Origin: Phyllobates terribilis
Taxonomy: Eukaryota
NCBI RefSeq assembly: GCF_046119375.1
Contig: NW_027362768.1
Coordinates: 276,768,001 to 276,832,000 of the forward strand
Direction: 5' to 3'
Length of the DNA: 64,000 bases
Made by a program: the position numbers and the translations under genes. The notes under the pieces were generated by a model that saw only the letters and a list, made by a program, of their open reading frames with translations, ran no database searches and was not told the origin of the DNA. Each line of letters begins with the position of its first letter. Within the stretch, counting starts at the first letter, position 1. This document shows, piece by piece, positions 28,600 to 41,645 of the stretch.

Positions 28600-31500
28600 T
28601 TTTTCCCATGACCTCACCACCTGAGAGAGGGTATTCGCCTACCAAGGAAAGGAACCTACTGAATAAAAAGGTGGTACATCTATTCCGCATCAGTTTTGGT
28701 TCCTCTCCTTGATGGGAGCCTCTCTAGGTGGTGCCTTGCATACCTGATCGTGGGTTCTGGAGAGGGATCCCAGGATCTATGCGGCCTGGTGGCCGCAAAG
28801 AAGCAGCAGATGGGCCCTCAGTCTTCAGCCCCATCTTGCTGGCACCTAGGTCTGCGTGCGGGGGGGGGGGGGGCGCCTTCCGGTGTCCTCTCCCGCGTGC
28901 GCTAGGTCCTGAGGCCGGGGCTGCACACACACGGAGGTCCGTGGCTGAGCGCGCTGGCAGGCAGGCCTTCCGGATCTGTGCACGCGCAGGGTCACGTCGT
29001 GCCCCTGTCACGAGTGTGCCGGAAGCCCGGGTCTGCGCATGCACTGGGTGCGATTCAGGATGACTCCTCCCCGTTTGCAAGTGCGCCGGGAGCCGCTGGG
29101 TCTGTGCACGTGCAGGAGGTATCTTGCGGCGAAGCGCGCCAGCTGGCTGGTTTAAAAAAAAAAAAGAGCGAGCACGCTGCCGCCCGGAAGGGGTAAGGGG
29201 GGTAAGGGCCCGAAGGGGGTGGAGCCTTCATATGCTTTATAAGGATGGGAAGCTGACAAGATGACTGTGTCTGCATCCTCTTCATTATGAGTGAGGAGCC
29301 GCAGTCACCGCAGCAGCAGGAAGAACAGCAGCAGCCACGGCCGCCTAAGCAATGTAAGCAGCTCAAGCAGCATGCAAAACAACCTGTCCAGCAACATCGG
29401 GAGTCTTCCCATCATCAGAGCTACAGTAGTGGGGGCTGTACGAGCGACGGCAGAACTGGTCAGAAAAAATCGTCTCGAGAGTCCACCTCCGTCAGATTGG
29501 ATCGTTCATGTGAACGGCAACCACAGTCTCCGGTACCCTAGTCTGAACGGCAGTGTGGTGAGTGATCTTCGTGAAAGTTCACCTTTAGTAATGTGCTCTT
29601 CTCTGTTTTCTCTTCTTTTTTGTTTCTTTCTGTTTTGGTAGGAACCTAAAAAGAATAGTTCTAAAAACAACAATAAGGAATATGCATTATGTAAAGTTAG
29701 CCTTCCCAGCTCCTACGCTAAGAACCTTTTCTCTGATTGTATCCAGAAAACTATAGCAGAGGAGTCCCCTAGCTTTTCTATGGACCTGAAAACCTTAATC
29801 CATATGGAAGTCAGGGATTCCTTAAAGAACTTGACTTCACGCAAGAAGAAAAAGCAGAGATTGGTTACCTCTGACTCAGAAGAATCAGTAGAATCCCGTT
29901 TCGCAAAAAAATCCCTTTCCCCCTCTGACCTCTCATCATCGTCTTCATCAGAATCTTCGGCGGATGATGATGAAGGGGCTAGACCATGTTTTTCAGTTGA
30001 CAATACAGAGAGAATAGTCAAGGTTATTAGAGCAACCATGGGTATAGCCGATGCCAAGGCTCCCAGAACGGTTCAGGATATCATGTTTGGGGGCCTGGAT
30101 CAGAAGAAGAGGCGCACATTCCCAGTCAATGAGAGGATCAAGACTCTTATAGATAGGGAATGGAAAAAGCCAGAAAGAAATGGCCAGCTGCCTTCTTCTT
30201 CTAAGCGGGGTTACCCTTTTGAGGAGGAGGACGCGGCTAAGTGGGACAAAAAGTCGAAAATTGGCCATCTCGAAATCCTCAAAGATCCACACTGCTTTTT
30301 GAGGATTTGGGGGCCCTCAAGGATCCGCTCAATAAAAAAGCGGAGTCTTTTCTAAAACAGACCTGGGAGTCCTCAGCGGGGGCTCTGAAACTGGCAGTGG
30401 CAGCCACCTGCACCGCCATGTCTATGATGATCTGGCTACAACAATTAGAGGACCAGATTAAAGGGAACGTCCCTAGGGATAAGATTCTGTCGGGCCTTCC
30501 TCTTATGCAGGGGGCGGCTGCATTTCTTGCGGATGCATTGGCAGATTGTTAGGTTGGCTGCCAGGTCAGCCAACCTCTCCAATGCAGCCCGTAGGGCATT
30601 ATGGCTCAAGAGCTGGCCAGGAGATGTGCAGTCTAAATCAAAACTCTGCTCAATCCCATGTGAAGGGGACTTTCTTTTTCGGAAAAGCCTTAGATGACAT
30701 CTTGGATAAGGCCGCAGACAAGAAACACGATTTTCCTAGTGTATCTGTTCCCCGGTATAAGAACTCCTTTCGGAAAAGGAAATATAATCGGAGCAAATTT
30801 TCCCGAGACCAAGGTAGTTGGAGAGACAAGAAGCCGAATAATAGAGGCTTCATGTTCGGGGGTCGATCCTTGGAGAGTAAAAAAGCCCCTAAGTGAAGGG
30901 CCTCCCCAGGTAAGAGGAAGGTTGTCCTACTTCCTTCCCGCCTGGTAGAAGATCTCATCCAGCGCTTGGATTTTAGGGATAATCGGAAAGGTGTTGAAAT
31001 TGGAGTTCAAAACCATTCCCAGAGACACCGTCAGGATTTCAGCCCCCAGAGGCCTGAGAGAACAGATGGGCCCTACAGCAGAAAGTACTCACACTGGTCG
31101 AGAAGGAGGTTTTAATAGAAACTCCAGTACCCGAGCAAGGGAGAGGGTTTTACTGAACTCTCTTCCTAATAAAGAAACTGGATGGCTCCTTCAGAACCAC
31201 TGTCAACTTGAAAAATCTGAACAACCATTTAACTTACAGACCATTCAAGATGGAGTCGATAAGATCGACCATAAAGATGTTGTTCCCAGGGAGTTATATG
31301 TGCGTCCTCGATTTGAAGGACGCCTACTACCACATCCCAATCTTTCCTAGACACCAACTGTATCTGAGGGTAGCTTTACATATCGACAAACACATAAAAC
31401 ATTTTCAGTTTGCAGCTCTTCCCCTTGGCATCTCCATGGCTACGAGGGTTTTCACAAAGATTATCCTGGAAGTCACGGCACATCTAAGGCAGAAGGATAT

Positions 31501-34500
31501 TCTAGTCATCCCTTACCTGGACGATTTTTTCGTGGTGGGTAGATCAAAAGAACTCTGTGCACTGGCTCTGGCGGAAGTCACGGCCAGTCTAAATGGATTG
31601 GGATGGATCCTAAATTTATGAAAATCTAGAACCAAGGAAGGTTCAGTCCTTTTTGGGTCTCATTCTAGACTCTGAGAACCAGACTTGTCTTCTGCCAGAG
31701 GACAAGAAATTGAAGATCAATTCCCTCAACTCACGAGTAATCGGCAATTCATCCATGACTCTGAGAAATGCAATGTCTCTACTGGGTACGATGACATCCT
31801 GTATCCCAGCCGTACAGTGGGCCCAGTTTCATTCCAGACGTCTACAGCAGTAGATCCTGACAGCAGACAAACAGCTCAGAGGTCACCTGGACGGAAGAAT
31901 ATCTCTTTCGAGTTCGGTAATCAACTCGCTGGATTGGTGGATGAATCTCTGGGGGTTCCTTGATCATTCCAGGTAACAGGAGAGACCATTCAATACAGGG
32001 ACTCTGGTCAAACAGCGAGACGGGTCTCTCCTCCAACATGAGGGAGCTGTTGGCAGTCAAAAACGCAGTAGTAGAGTTAAGTTCTCAACTTCAGGGTCAA
32101 CACATCCGGATAATGTCGGACAACCAAACAGTCACCTATATCAATCGTCGGGGGGAACAAGATCCCTTCCTCTGATTTTAGTGACAGAACAGATCCTTAA
32201 TTTTGCGGAGAATCATCTATTTCCGCTCTCGGCGCTGCATATAAGAGGGGAAGAGAAAGTAAGAACCGATTTTCCAGCAGATTGTCTGCCGATGGGGGCA
32301 ACCTCAGATCTGTTTGCGAACAAACGCAATCGGAAAACCAAAGTCTTTTGCTCCTTAAATCCAAAGGAGAAGCCTTTTGCTGTAGACACGCTGCAAATTC
32401 CCTGAAACTTTACCCTGGCGTATGCATTTCCCCCTCTAATGCTGATTCCTACTATCCTGAGGAAGATCCGAAAAGAACAGGCAAGGGTTATATTTATTGC
32501 CCCGTTTTGGCCCAAGAAGAGGATGTCCCAATCAGAACCATGGGTCCTTCCAGACAACCCAGATTTCCTCAGGCAGGGCCCAGTCTTCCATCCCCAGAGA
32601 TCGAACCTGCATTTGACAGCCTGGATTTTGAAAGGTCACTACTAACACGGAAAGTGTAGTTGCCACTCTACTGGCAAGTAGAAAACCAATAATCACTAGG
32701 ATCTATGGAGAACTTGGGCTAAATTTCTATCTACCTCAGGATAGTCAGCTAAAGGTAGGGTTCCTATTGGGGCCATCCTGGAAAATTCCTTAAGAAGGGC
32801 TTAATCATGGGGTTAGCCACCAGTACTCTTAAGGTACAAGTATCAGCTCTGGGGGCACTATATAATTGTGACTTGGCAGCAAATAAATGGATCACTAGAT
32901 TCGTTAAAGCTTGCAACAGATCTAGACCCATTCCTACTCCAAGGATGCCTCTGACTCGCCCCCTGGGCCGCGTGGGGAAACCGGAACCGGGCCTCTGGTG
33001 GGATGCTGGGGGTTGTAGTCTCAGTGTGGCGGTGACCCGGTCCGTGCCCAGGGCGGTCAAACCAGTGGGTAGTCTTGGTGTAATAACAAATGTCCGACTA
33101 CGCCACCCGTGGATTGCGGTCAGTGGGGACCGCCGCTGCGCTGCAGACCGCTGAGGCTGATGTTGTTTGCACAGCTGAGTATGGGATAACTCCCCACGGG
33201 AGAAGTATTGCCTCAGGGCAGCTAGGGTGGATGATGGGAGTGATGGTGTGAGCGTCCCAGTACTAATGGTGCTGGTGCGGCGATGAAACACAGAGATGTG
33301 TGGTTGCAGTTTCCAATGCTTTACTCACAGTTCTCATCCAGGTCACTTGTGCACATGAAGGACTGCCTGAGCCGTGCTGCGTTCACCAGGCAAGGGGCTC
33401 GACCAACTCCCAGGCAATTCCAGAGCGTGGCACAGGGCTCCCTTCTCTTCCCTTCTCTGGCCGTCCTCACCAGTGACCCACCTTTGTCCAGCTTCCTCGG
33501 GCCTTCTCTTGGCGAAACCTATCTCCGGTTTCCCTGACCCTATGTGGTATACTTTCCTGGTGGATGTAGTGAGGGGTCGCACCAAGATGTGGTCACAACC
33601 TCCGGTCCGTGGCTGAGGAATCTGTTGCCTCCACCAATTTGGGTCCCGGTACCCTGCTCTGCCAACCCTTCACCCGCAATCTCCTGGGCCTTTGGGGTTC
33701 CTTCTGCCTTCGTGTCTCTGGGCCTTTCTCTGTGTTCCAGTTCCTTGTTTCCTTTCTTACTTCCTCTGCTGTTCCTTCTCCTCTCTCAGGCCCCAGCCTC
33801 CTGACAAGGCCTGCCCGTGGAGCAGTTCTTCTTCTTCTCCTTCTCCTTCTCCTGTCCTAAGATGGTGTCCACCTTATATACCTCCCTCTAACACCCGAGC
33901 CCAGGTGACTAGCAACCAATGGGCTCCTACCTATGCCCAGAGACCCACCCCTATCTGCTCCTACACCACTGGGTTTTCCTCCCCACTCCAGCCAGGGACA
34001 GAAGCTGTTGTGCCTGCATTTTTGTGGGAGCACCGTTGAGCTGTCCCTCGGAAATGGGGTGTGTGTGGTGCATGCAGCCTAACGAGCCCTAGTCCACACT
34101 CCATCCTTACCTGGGAGTGGGATATCACACCTCTGGTTCGAGGTGCAATACCCCTGTAGCAGCCGAGCCCTCGGGGTGCTACACCTCCATGGGACCTTAA
34201 TCTGGTTCTGGAAGCACTAACAAAGCCTCCCTTTTGAGCTCTTCAGGAAAAGTTCTCACCTTTAAAACAGTCATGCTGGTAGCACTAACGTCAGCCCGTA
34301 GGGTTCGTGATCTGCATTCACTATCAGTAAACCATCCGTTCACTCAGGTATCTATAGATAGGCCGGGTCTGGTCTTAAAGTTACTCTAGCTTCCAAAAGT
34401 AGCCTCCAAATTCCACAGGACACCAGAAATTACTCTCCCTTCCTTCTTGATCCTAGAAATTCGGAGGAACAAAAGCTTCACGCTCTAGATGTAAAGAGGG

Positions 34501-35068
34501 TATTAGTCCAGTACTTGGAGGTCCACTCCACCAGTGCCGTAGCTGCTTCCTGGGCTGAGAAGGCGGATGTGCCACTCGACATCATATGTAAGGCGGCAAC
34601 TTGGTCACCCCCCTCTACATTCTACAAGCATTACCGTCTTGACCTTTCCTTTTCTACTGATCTGTCCTTTGGGAGGAAGGTGTTGCAACCGATGATTCCT
34701 CCCTCTGGTGTCTGATCTCTATAAATCTCTCCTCTGGTGGTGTCATGGGAGAAGGGGAAAAGATCTTAGTTACTTACCGGTAACGGGATTTTACCGAGCC
34801 CATGACAGCACCCTATTAATTTCCTCCCCTCTATCACTTATGGTGTGTACTACTATGGGTGTTTTACAAAGAAATGTTTTGGTGGAAGTTGCGTACTAAC
34901 CTATTTTTCGGAGACCCTCTCATGCTCTGAAACAAAACTGATGCGGAGGAGAGGTACCGCCTTTTTATTCAGTAGGTTCCTGTCCTTGGTGGGCGGCTAC
35001 CCTCTCTCAGGTGGTGCTGTCATGGGCTCTGTAAAATCCTGTTACCGGTAAGTAACTAGGATCTTTCT
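28600..35068 (+). mobile_element. DIRS1-type retrotransposon (copy B), decayed, with a solo LTR in its YR gene
   Basis: Left ITR TTTTCCCATGACCTCACCACC...CATCAGTTT inverted at about 34935-35025; ICR at about 34738-34812 complementary to both termini; gag, RT (YLDD about 31513), RH, MT and YR fragments. Confidence 0.92.
32952..34183 (-). mobile_element. Solo LTR (Gypsy-like) inserted in DIRS-B YR
   Basis: TG...CA termini, perfect CCTC TSD; excision restores ...PRMP-PWDLNLVL of the YR frame. Confidence 0.88.
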
Positions 35069-35721
35069 TTTTAATTTTACTACAGAGAGGAGTTGTCTCT
35101 AAGACACTTGTAGAGGGCAGCTAGAAGTATGGGGAAGTAATTATTGCTATGAGGACAGCATTGCTAAATGCTGCTTGGAGTATAAAGCCTGGGATCCGGG
35201 CACTGGTCCCATTTCCTGACCTATCAAAAACAAAGTATTGGGGATTGTGCACACAACCGTATTTTCAGTCCAAGTGCTATCCAAAAAATGTGATCGCAAG
35301 GTGCTGCTGCTTTATTACATACGGACATATGCTGAGTAACTACTGCACCTATAGTTCAGAAAAACAACTCTCGCTTTCTGGTATTTTACAGTCTAGCAAT
35401 GGAAAATGCAGTTTAAGCAGTTTATTAATTTTTAGGCATGTAGTCAGTAAAGAGTTCTGTAGTCGCACGTATGTGCTGAAGTGGGTATTATTGCTGGGAG
35501 CTCAGCTTTAAAGGGTCAGTTTGATTCTTTTTCTCCACACCTTGTTGGTCACCTTTTCCATTTGCAGCATGTCCTGTACTATGGCTCTCTCGCTAACTGC
35601 TCCGGCCATACTTCATACTAACCTAAAGCTGACTAAGCACATCTGTGCTGTACCCCGGGATGCTCTATTCTCAGGGGGCCGCTTCAGTTCCATAACACAC
35701 TAACCTCTCATTTGTTTCCAG

Positions 35722-35876
35722 AAACACCGGCTGCGTCTCATAGTTACAGATGGAGTCTTCTCTATGGATGGGGATATCGCTCCTCTTCGTGAGATTTGTG
35801 ACCTTGCAAAGCGATATAATTCCTTAGTATTCATAGATGAATGCCATGCCACTGGTTTTATGGGACCAAATGGACG
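35722..35876 (+). CDS. GCAT: GCAT exon 5
   Basis: CCAG|; [22 protein letters not shown]...[16 protein letters not shown]; donor GTAAGG; 155 nt. Confidence 0.96.
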
Positions 35877-35957
35877 GTAAGGCAGTGATAATAATACGCA
35901 AAGCGCATTTTCTTGAGTTTATTGGATATTAAAATAGTGTTATTTCCTGCCACAATA

Positions 35958-36400
35958 AAAAGAATCTGTCAACAGATTTTTGCTATGTAGTCTGAAAGCC
36001 GCATGATTGGGGAAGAGACCCCTATTCTAGGGATGTACCACTTACTAGGCTGTTTTGCTGTTTCAATAAAATCCAATGTTTTATCAGCAGGAGATAATCA
36101 GTACAGGACTAGCTGTCTCGAGCCCCCTGGTCAAATTCTCTCTATAATCCCACCCCCACCACTAATTAGCAGCTTTATGTCCATATGCAGTGTACACAAA
36201 GCTGCCAATCAGTGGTGTGGGCGAAGTTATAGAGAGCTCAGCATTCGGAGAACTGCTAGATCTCCAGCAGAGAAAACAGTGATTTTATCAAAATGACAGT
36301 AGGCAGCACAGTAAGTGATACATCACTGGAATCAGGGTCTCTGTCCTTACATCATGCTGCTCTCAGATTCCATAACAAAAACCAGCTGACAGATTCCCTT
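35958..36400. mobile_element. Kolobok/T2-like MITE, same family as 46380
   Basis: GAATCTGTCA...TGACAGATTCCCTT termini. Coordinates approximate. Confidence 0.7.
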
Positions 36401-38247
36401 AAAGGCATAAATCATGTCCATATTGTTCTGAAAATCACATTGTGTTTTGTGCTTTCTAATGTATTCTTTGTTAGTAATTCATAATTCATGTGTATATCCA
36501 ATATGTATATGTAAAAAACATAAATCTGACCAATAACTCCTAACAGAATGAAGCCACTGTGATTAGGTGCTAGCTGCGGTGCCTGTAATAAAGTATATAC
36601 ATACAGGAAAGTGCAGCCGCACACTGTGCAGCAACTATCCGGTGCACAGACAAAAATCACTCTGTCCGCTACTACATCACAGCTTAATGCGGGTGAATGG
36701 GGGTCATATTGTGACTCACAAGGTACTGCGACAACCGGTTGAAAATATTCCAATGAATTCTGACTGCAAATTGCTTGTTGCTGGCACAGTAGCTTTTGAG
36801 CCACAATTACCATTCGCTTGCATTATGCTGTGATGTTTCGGCAGTGCAGAGTGATTTTTGGCCACTTATCTGATGTCTAAGCCGTTTAGCCCCAGCCTAA
36901 AATGTGTAGTCGGCTGTTGGCCTTCTAAATGCCAGATCTGCTTGTCGCCTCTTTATCACCATTTTCTGGTGTAAATTGTACGGTAAGTCATTAGATCTAA
37001 AACCTAAACGATATTTTGAGTGCAGTGTGCTCTCTCCCATCCGTACGTTTTAATTTACTAAAAAGGCTATAAAGCAGAAATAGGCAATTTGGAAATTGAG
37101 GATAAGTTTACACAGTTTTTTTTGGTGAGTTTTTGACGCTGTGTATTTTTGCTGCTCAAAAAAAAAAAAACAGTCTTAAATTCCATCCACTTTGCTGGAA
37201 CTGTATGTGAGCATTTTATTTTATTTTTTTTCTCTTTTTACACAGCGTAAACTGACCTGCGGTACAAGTTTTGAAATCCGCAACATGTCAATTTCTCTTG
37301 CGAGTACGTAGAATTTTATGTGCTGATTTTCCCCATATAATTGCATTAGATGCTGGAAATCTGCATATGTGGTTTTAGAGCGTTTCTGCAGCGGAAACTG
37401 ATTGAAACACACCCAAGCTATACATGACTGTATCTAACTTTTGTCCAAGCCAAATAAAAACAAAGCAGCTTTATTTAAAACATGATGCATCTAAAAGTAA
37501 CTTAATGTGCATAAAATCTGCCACATCAAAAACTCACCAAATAGTCATTGCCTTATATGTCATCCCTCAAAGGACTGTGAAATAATTGTAGCAGACAGCA
37601 ACCATCTGCATCACTGTGGACTTCTGGCATTTTGCATGAGCTATAGGGGAGGGGAAGAATCATATAAAATATCCAATGCAGAATAACTGCAGTGTTGCTG
37701 ATGGCTACCAGAGGCATTTGCTTTTCCAGGTCAGCATTTACACAATAAAATAACATTAGAGGGAGCAACTACAGATGAAGAATACTCTGGCCAAGTAGAG
37801 CTGTCGCTGTACTCTATACCCAGGCCTTGAATAATCTGAAATGGCATTAGATGTTCTCAATATTCATACTTGCCTTCTTCTGAGAAGGCAGCTTTTCAGT
37901 GGGATATTTTACCTTTTACCCTTCTATCTATATAGACAGCAGCCCATATACAAGTCCCATTCATACCCTAATAGCCACCCAGGAAGCTGCTGTAGGGTGC
38001 AGTGAAACTGAGGCCCCCAACTCATACTTCATGCTGGCAGTGTAGACCACCATAGCTATTCCCCAATGTCCACTGAACAGAAATATTCTAGCCATACAGG
38101 GGTGTCATAGTTAGAACAGGCATAAGGACAAGTCCGCATATGGAAGCAGAGATGTGTTTCTTTCACTTTTTTAAACTTCTTTTTTTAAAAAAAAAGTTGT
38201 AAATGTGTGTGGGAAAGCCTTACTTACCCATGCTTTCTCATTGACAG

Positions 38248-38330
38248 GGGCACAGATGAGCTTTTGGGAGTCATGGACCAGGTGACCATTGTAAATTCCA
38301 CTCTTGGCAAAGCGCTGGGCGGAGCAGCAG
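38248..38330 (+). CDS. GCAT: GCAT exon 6 (PLP-binding lysine motif)
   Basis: ACAG|; GTDELLGVMDQVTIVNSTLGKALGGAAG; STLGKALG is the class-II aminotransferase PLP lysine motif; 83 nt. Confidence 0.96.
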
Positions 38331-38590
38331 GTCAGCACTCATAAATCTTCCATATTGTCAGGAGTGTACCTGTATTATTAGTCCTTACACATGGGCAACA
38401 CACTCCCCACAGATACAGCTATCTGCGGATGAAAAATCGTCCAAGTTTCATCCAGAAAACTGACGATTTTCATCAGTGTGTTTTTTACTTCTGTGTGTGA
38501 TCAGTTTTCATACATTTACATTAAAAAATGTACATGTTCAAATAATTTCCTAGGTTTATAATAGAAATGTGTCTGTAAAAATTCTACTAC

Positions 38591-38871
38591 TAGTGATGAG
38601 CGAGCATGCTTGTTACTCGAGATTTACTCATTTGCTCACCGAGTATTTGAGGCGTGTTCGAATGTTATGTTTGAGTCACTGTGTGTGCATGATTTGCGAC
38701 TGTTTGACAGCTTTAATACATGTGAGGAATGCCTATCTTTTAGGCATTCCTCACATGTATTAAAGCTGTCAAACAGTCGCAAATCATGCACACACAGTGA
38801 CTCAAACATAACATTCGAGCACCCGAACATGCTTGCCAAAAGGGTTAACAGAACACGCTCACTCATCATTA
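38591..38871. mobile_element. hAT-like palindromic MITE
   Basis: TAGTGATGAG...CTCATCATTA termini; 8-bp flanks TCTACTAC/GATACTAC (6/8); perfect internal 78-bp arms. Confidence 0.75.
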
Positions 38872-39330
38872 GATACTACACAGATGTTCTGTGAGGGATC
38901 TGGTTTTTCTTTTTTTTACGCACCCATAGACTTGAATGGGTGAGTCTCATTCGAAATACACAAGTCAGTGGTGCATGCTGCAATTTTTTGTTTTTTGTCC
39001 TCATGGACTGTGGGGCCTAGAGAAGAATCAATCAATTGAACAGCCCTATTGAATAACATTGGTCAGTGTGTTTGTCTGATATGCTCATCTGCATGAGCCC
39101 TAAAGCTGAGCAAACTCACTAGAGTCTGCTGGATGTTCTGATATCCGCTTACTAGCCATGGACTTTCCCCATCTACCCAATACCGAAATCATGTGCATGG
39201 ACAGCCGTGTTACGCCATCTTTTTAGGTTGCATACCAATGCATTTTATTTAGGCTGGTTCTCCGTTTGCAGCTTACATACCATTGATATGTTTGTCTAGA
39301 CTTTTGTAACATACCGCTGTATCTTTCTAG

Positions 39331-39502
39331 GTGGTTATACAACAGGACCAAAGCCTTTAATTGACCTGCTAAGGCAACGCTCACGACCTTACCTATTCTC
39401 AAATACTCTTCCTCCCGCTGTGGTCGGCAGCGCCTCCAAAGCACTAGACCTCTTGATGGAAAGTAATGAAATTGCACAATCTATGTCTGCAAAAACCGCA
39501 CG
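39331..39502 (+). CDS. GCAT: GCAT exon 7
   Basis: CTAG|; GYTTGPKPLIDLLRQRSRPYLFSNTLPPAVVGSASKALDLLM; donor GTAAGG; 172 nt. Confidence 0.96.
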
Positions 39503-40014
39503 GTAAGGGCACAGTTTTGGAGAAACTATGGCTACCGGTAGAACATAAGGAAAGACCAAAGTGATTAATATTTCTCACAGAGCATCTATCAGTCCAGAAA
39601 CGAAAGGGCTGATATAAGGGATTCTAGTATGCAAGAAATCACTACATAAGTCCTAATTACACTGCACACCAAGGAATAGATATTATATTTTTGGCAACCA
39701 ATAACTTGGTTATAACGCACTAGATGGTCAATTTGGAAGGGGCATCATATATATATAACCACTGTGCACAAAGATTACTAAACGTGAGGTGAAGAGTCTA
39801 GAAATGGAGACTCTTAAGCTAAATCGTTCCATGGCATATTGGCATTTGTGAATAGCGAATTGATGCCAGAAATGTGTGGGCAAGTCACTATGAAGTTTGG
39901 ACAGCTAATTGCCAACCTGCTCACTTACGGGCACCATGTTGATCAGGTGCTGAATTCTTTCATGCCTTGCTACAGCACATGGTGGCCATTAAAATAATAG
40001 GTGTTTTATATGTA

Positions 40015-41639
40015 CAGTATAGACCAAAAGTTTGGACACACCTCATTTAAAGATTTTTCTGTATTTTCATGACTATGAAAATTGTACATTCACACTGAAG
40101 GCATCAAAACTATGAATTAACATGAGGAATTATATACTTAACAAAGAAGTGTGAAACAACTGAAAATATGTCTTATATTCTAGGTTCTTCAAAGTAGCCA
40201 CCTTTTGCTTTGATGACTGCTTTGCACACTCTTGGCATTCTCTTGATGAGCTTCAAGAGGTAGTCGCCGGAAATGGTTTTCACTTCACAGGTGTGCCCTG
40301 TCAGGTTAATAAGTGGGATTTCTTGCCTTATAAATGGGGTTGGGACCATCAGTTGTGTTGTGCAGAAGTCTGGTGGATACACAGCTGATAGTCCTACTGA
40401 ATAGACTGTTATAATTTGTATTATGGCAAGAAAAAAGCAGCTAAGTAAGGAAAAACGAGTGGCCATCATTACTTTAAGAAATTAAGGTCAGTCAGTCCGA
40501 AAAATTGGGCAAACTTTGAAAGTGTCCCCAAGTGCAGTTGCAAAAACCATCAAGCGCTACAAAGAAACTGGCTCACATGAGGACCGCCCTAGGAAAGGAA
40601 GACCAAGAGTCACCTCTGCTTCTGAGGATAAGTTTATCCGAGTCACCAGCCTCAGAAATCGCAGGTTAACGGCAGCTCAGATTAGAGACCAGGTCAATGC
40701 CACACACAGTTCTAGCCGCAGACACATCTCTACAACAACTGTTAAGAGTAGACTTTGTGCAGCAGACCTTCATGGTAAAATACCTGCTAGGAAACTACTG
40801 CTAAGGACAGGCAACAAGCTGAAGAGACTTGTTTGGGCTAAAGTACACAAGGAATGGACATTAGACCAGTGGAAATCTGTGCTTTGGTCTGATGAGTCCA
40901 AATTTGAGATCTTTGGTTCCAACCACCGTGTTTTTGTGCGACACAGAAAAGGTGAACGGATGGACTCTACATGCCTGCTTCCCACCGTGAAGCATGGAGG
41001 AGGAGGTGTGATGGTGTGGCGGTGCTTTTCTGGTGACACTGTTGGGGATTTATTCAAATTTGAATTCATCCTGAACCAGCATGGCTACCACAGCATCTTG
41101 CAGCGGCATGCTATTCCATCTGGTTTGCGTTTAGTTGGACCATCATTTATTTTTCAACAGGACAATGACTCCAAACACACCTCCAGGATGTGTAAGGGCT
41201 ATTTGACCAAGAAGGAGAGTGATGGGGTGCTACGCCAGATGACCTGGCCTCCACAGTCACCAGACCTGAACCCAATCGAGATGGTTTGGGGTGAGCTGGA
41301 CCGCAGAGTGAAGGCAAGAGGGCCAACAAGTGCTAAGCATCTCTGGGAACTCCTTCAAGATTGTTGGAAGACCATTTCCGGTGACTACCTCTTGAAGCTC
41401 ATCAAGAGAATGCCAAGAGTGTGCAAAGCAGTCATCAAAGCAAAAGGTGACTACTTTGTACAACCTAGAATATAAGACATATTTTCAGTTGTTTCACACT
41501 TTTTTTGTTAAGTATATAATTCCACATGTGTTAATTCATAGTGTTGATGCCTTCAGTGTGAATATATAATTTTCATAGTCATGAAAATACAGAAAAATCT
41601 TTAAATGAGAAGGTGTGTCCAAACTTTTTGTCTCTACTG
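40015..41639 (+). mobile_element. Tc1-superfamily DD38E element; 350-aa transposase with a single nonsense codon (40483)
   Basis: TA TSDs; ATG 40423, stop 41475; WSDE, FQQD-(38 residues)-E; TIRs 40015-40277 and 41371-41639. Confidence 0.93.
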
Positions 41640-41645
41640 TATGTA

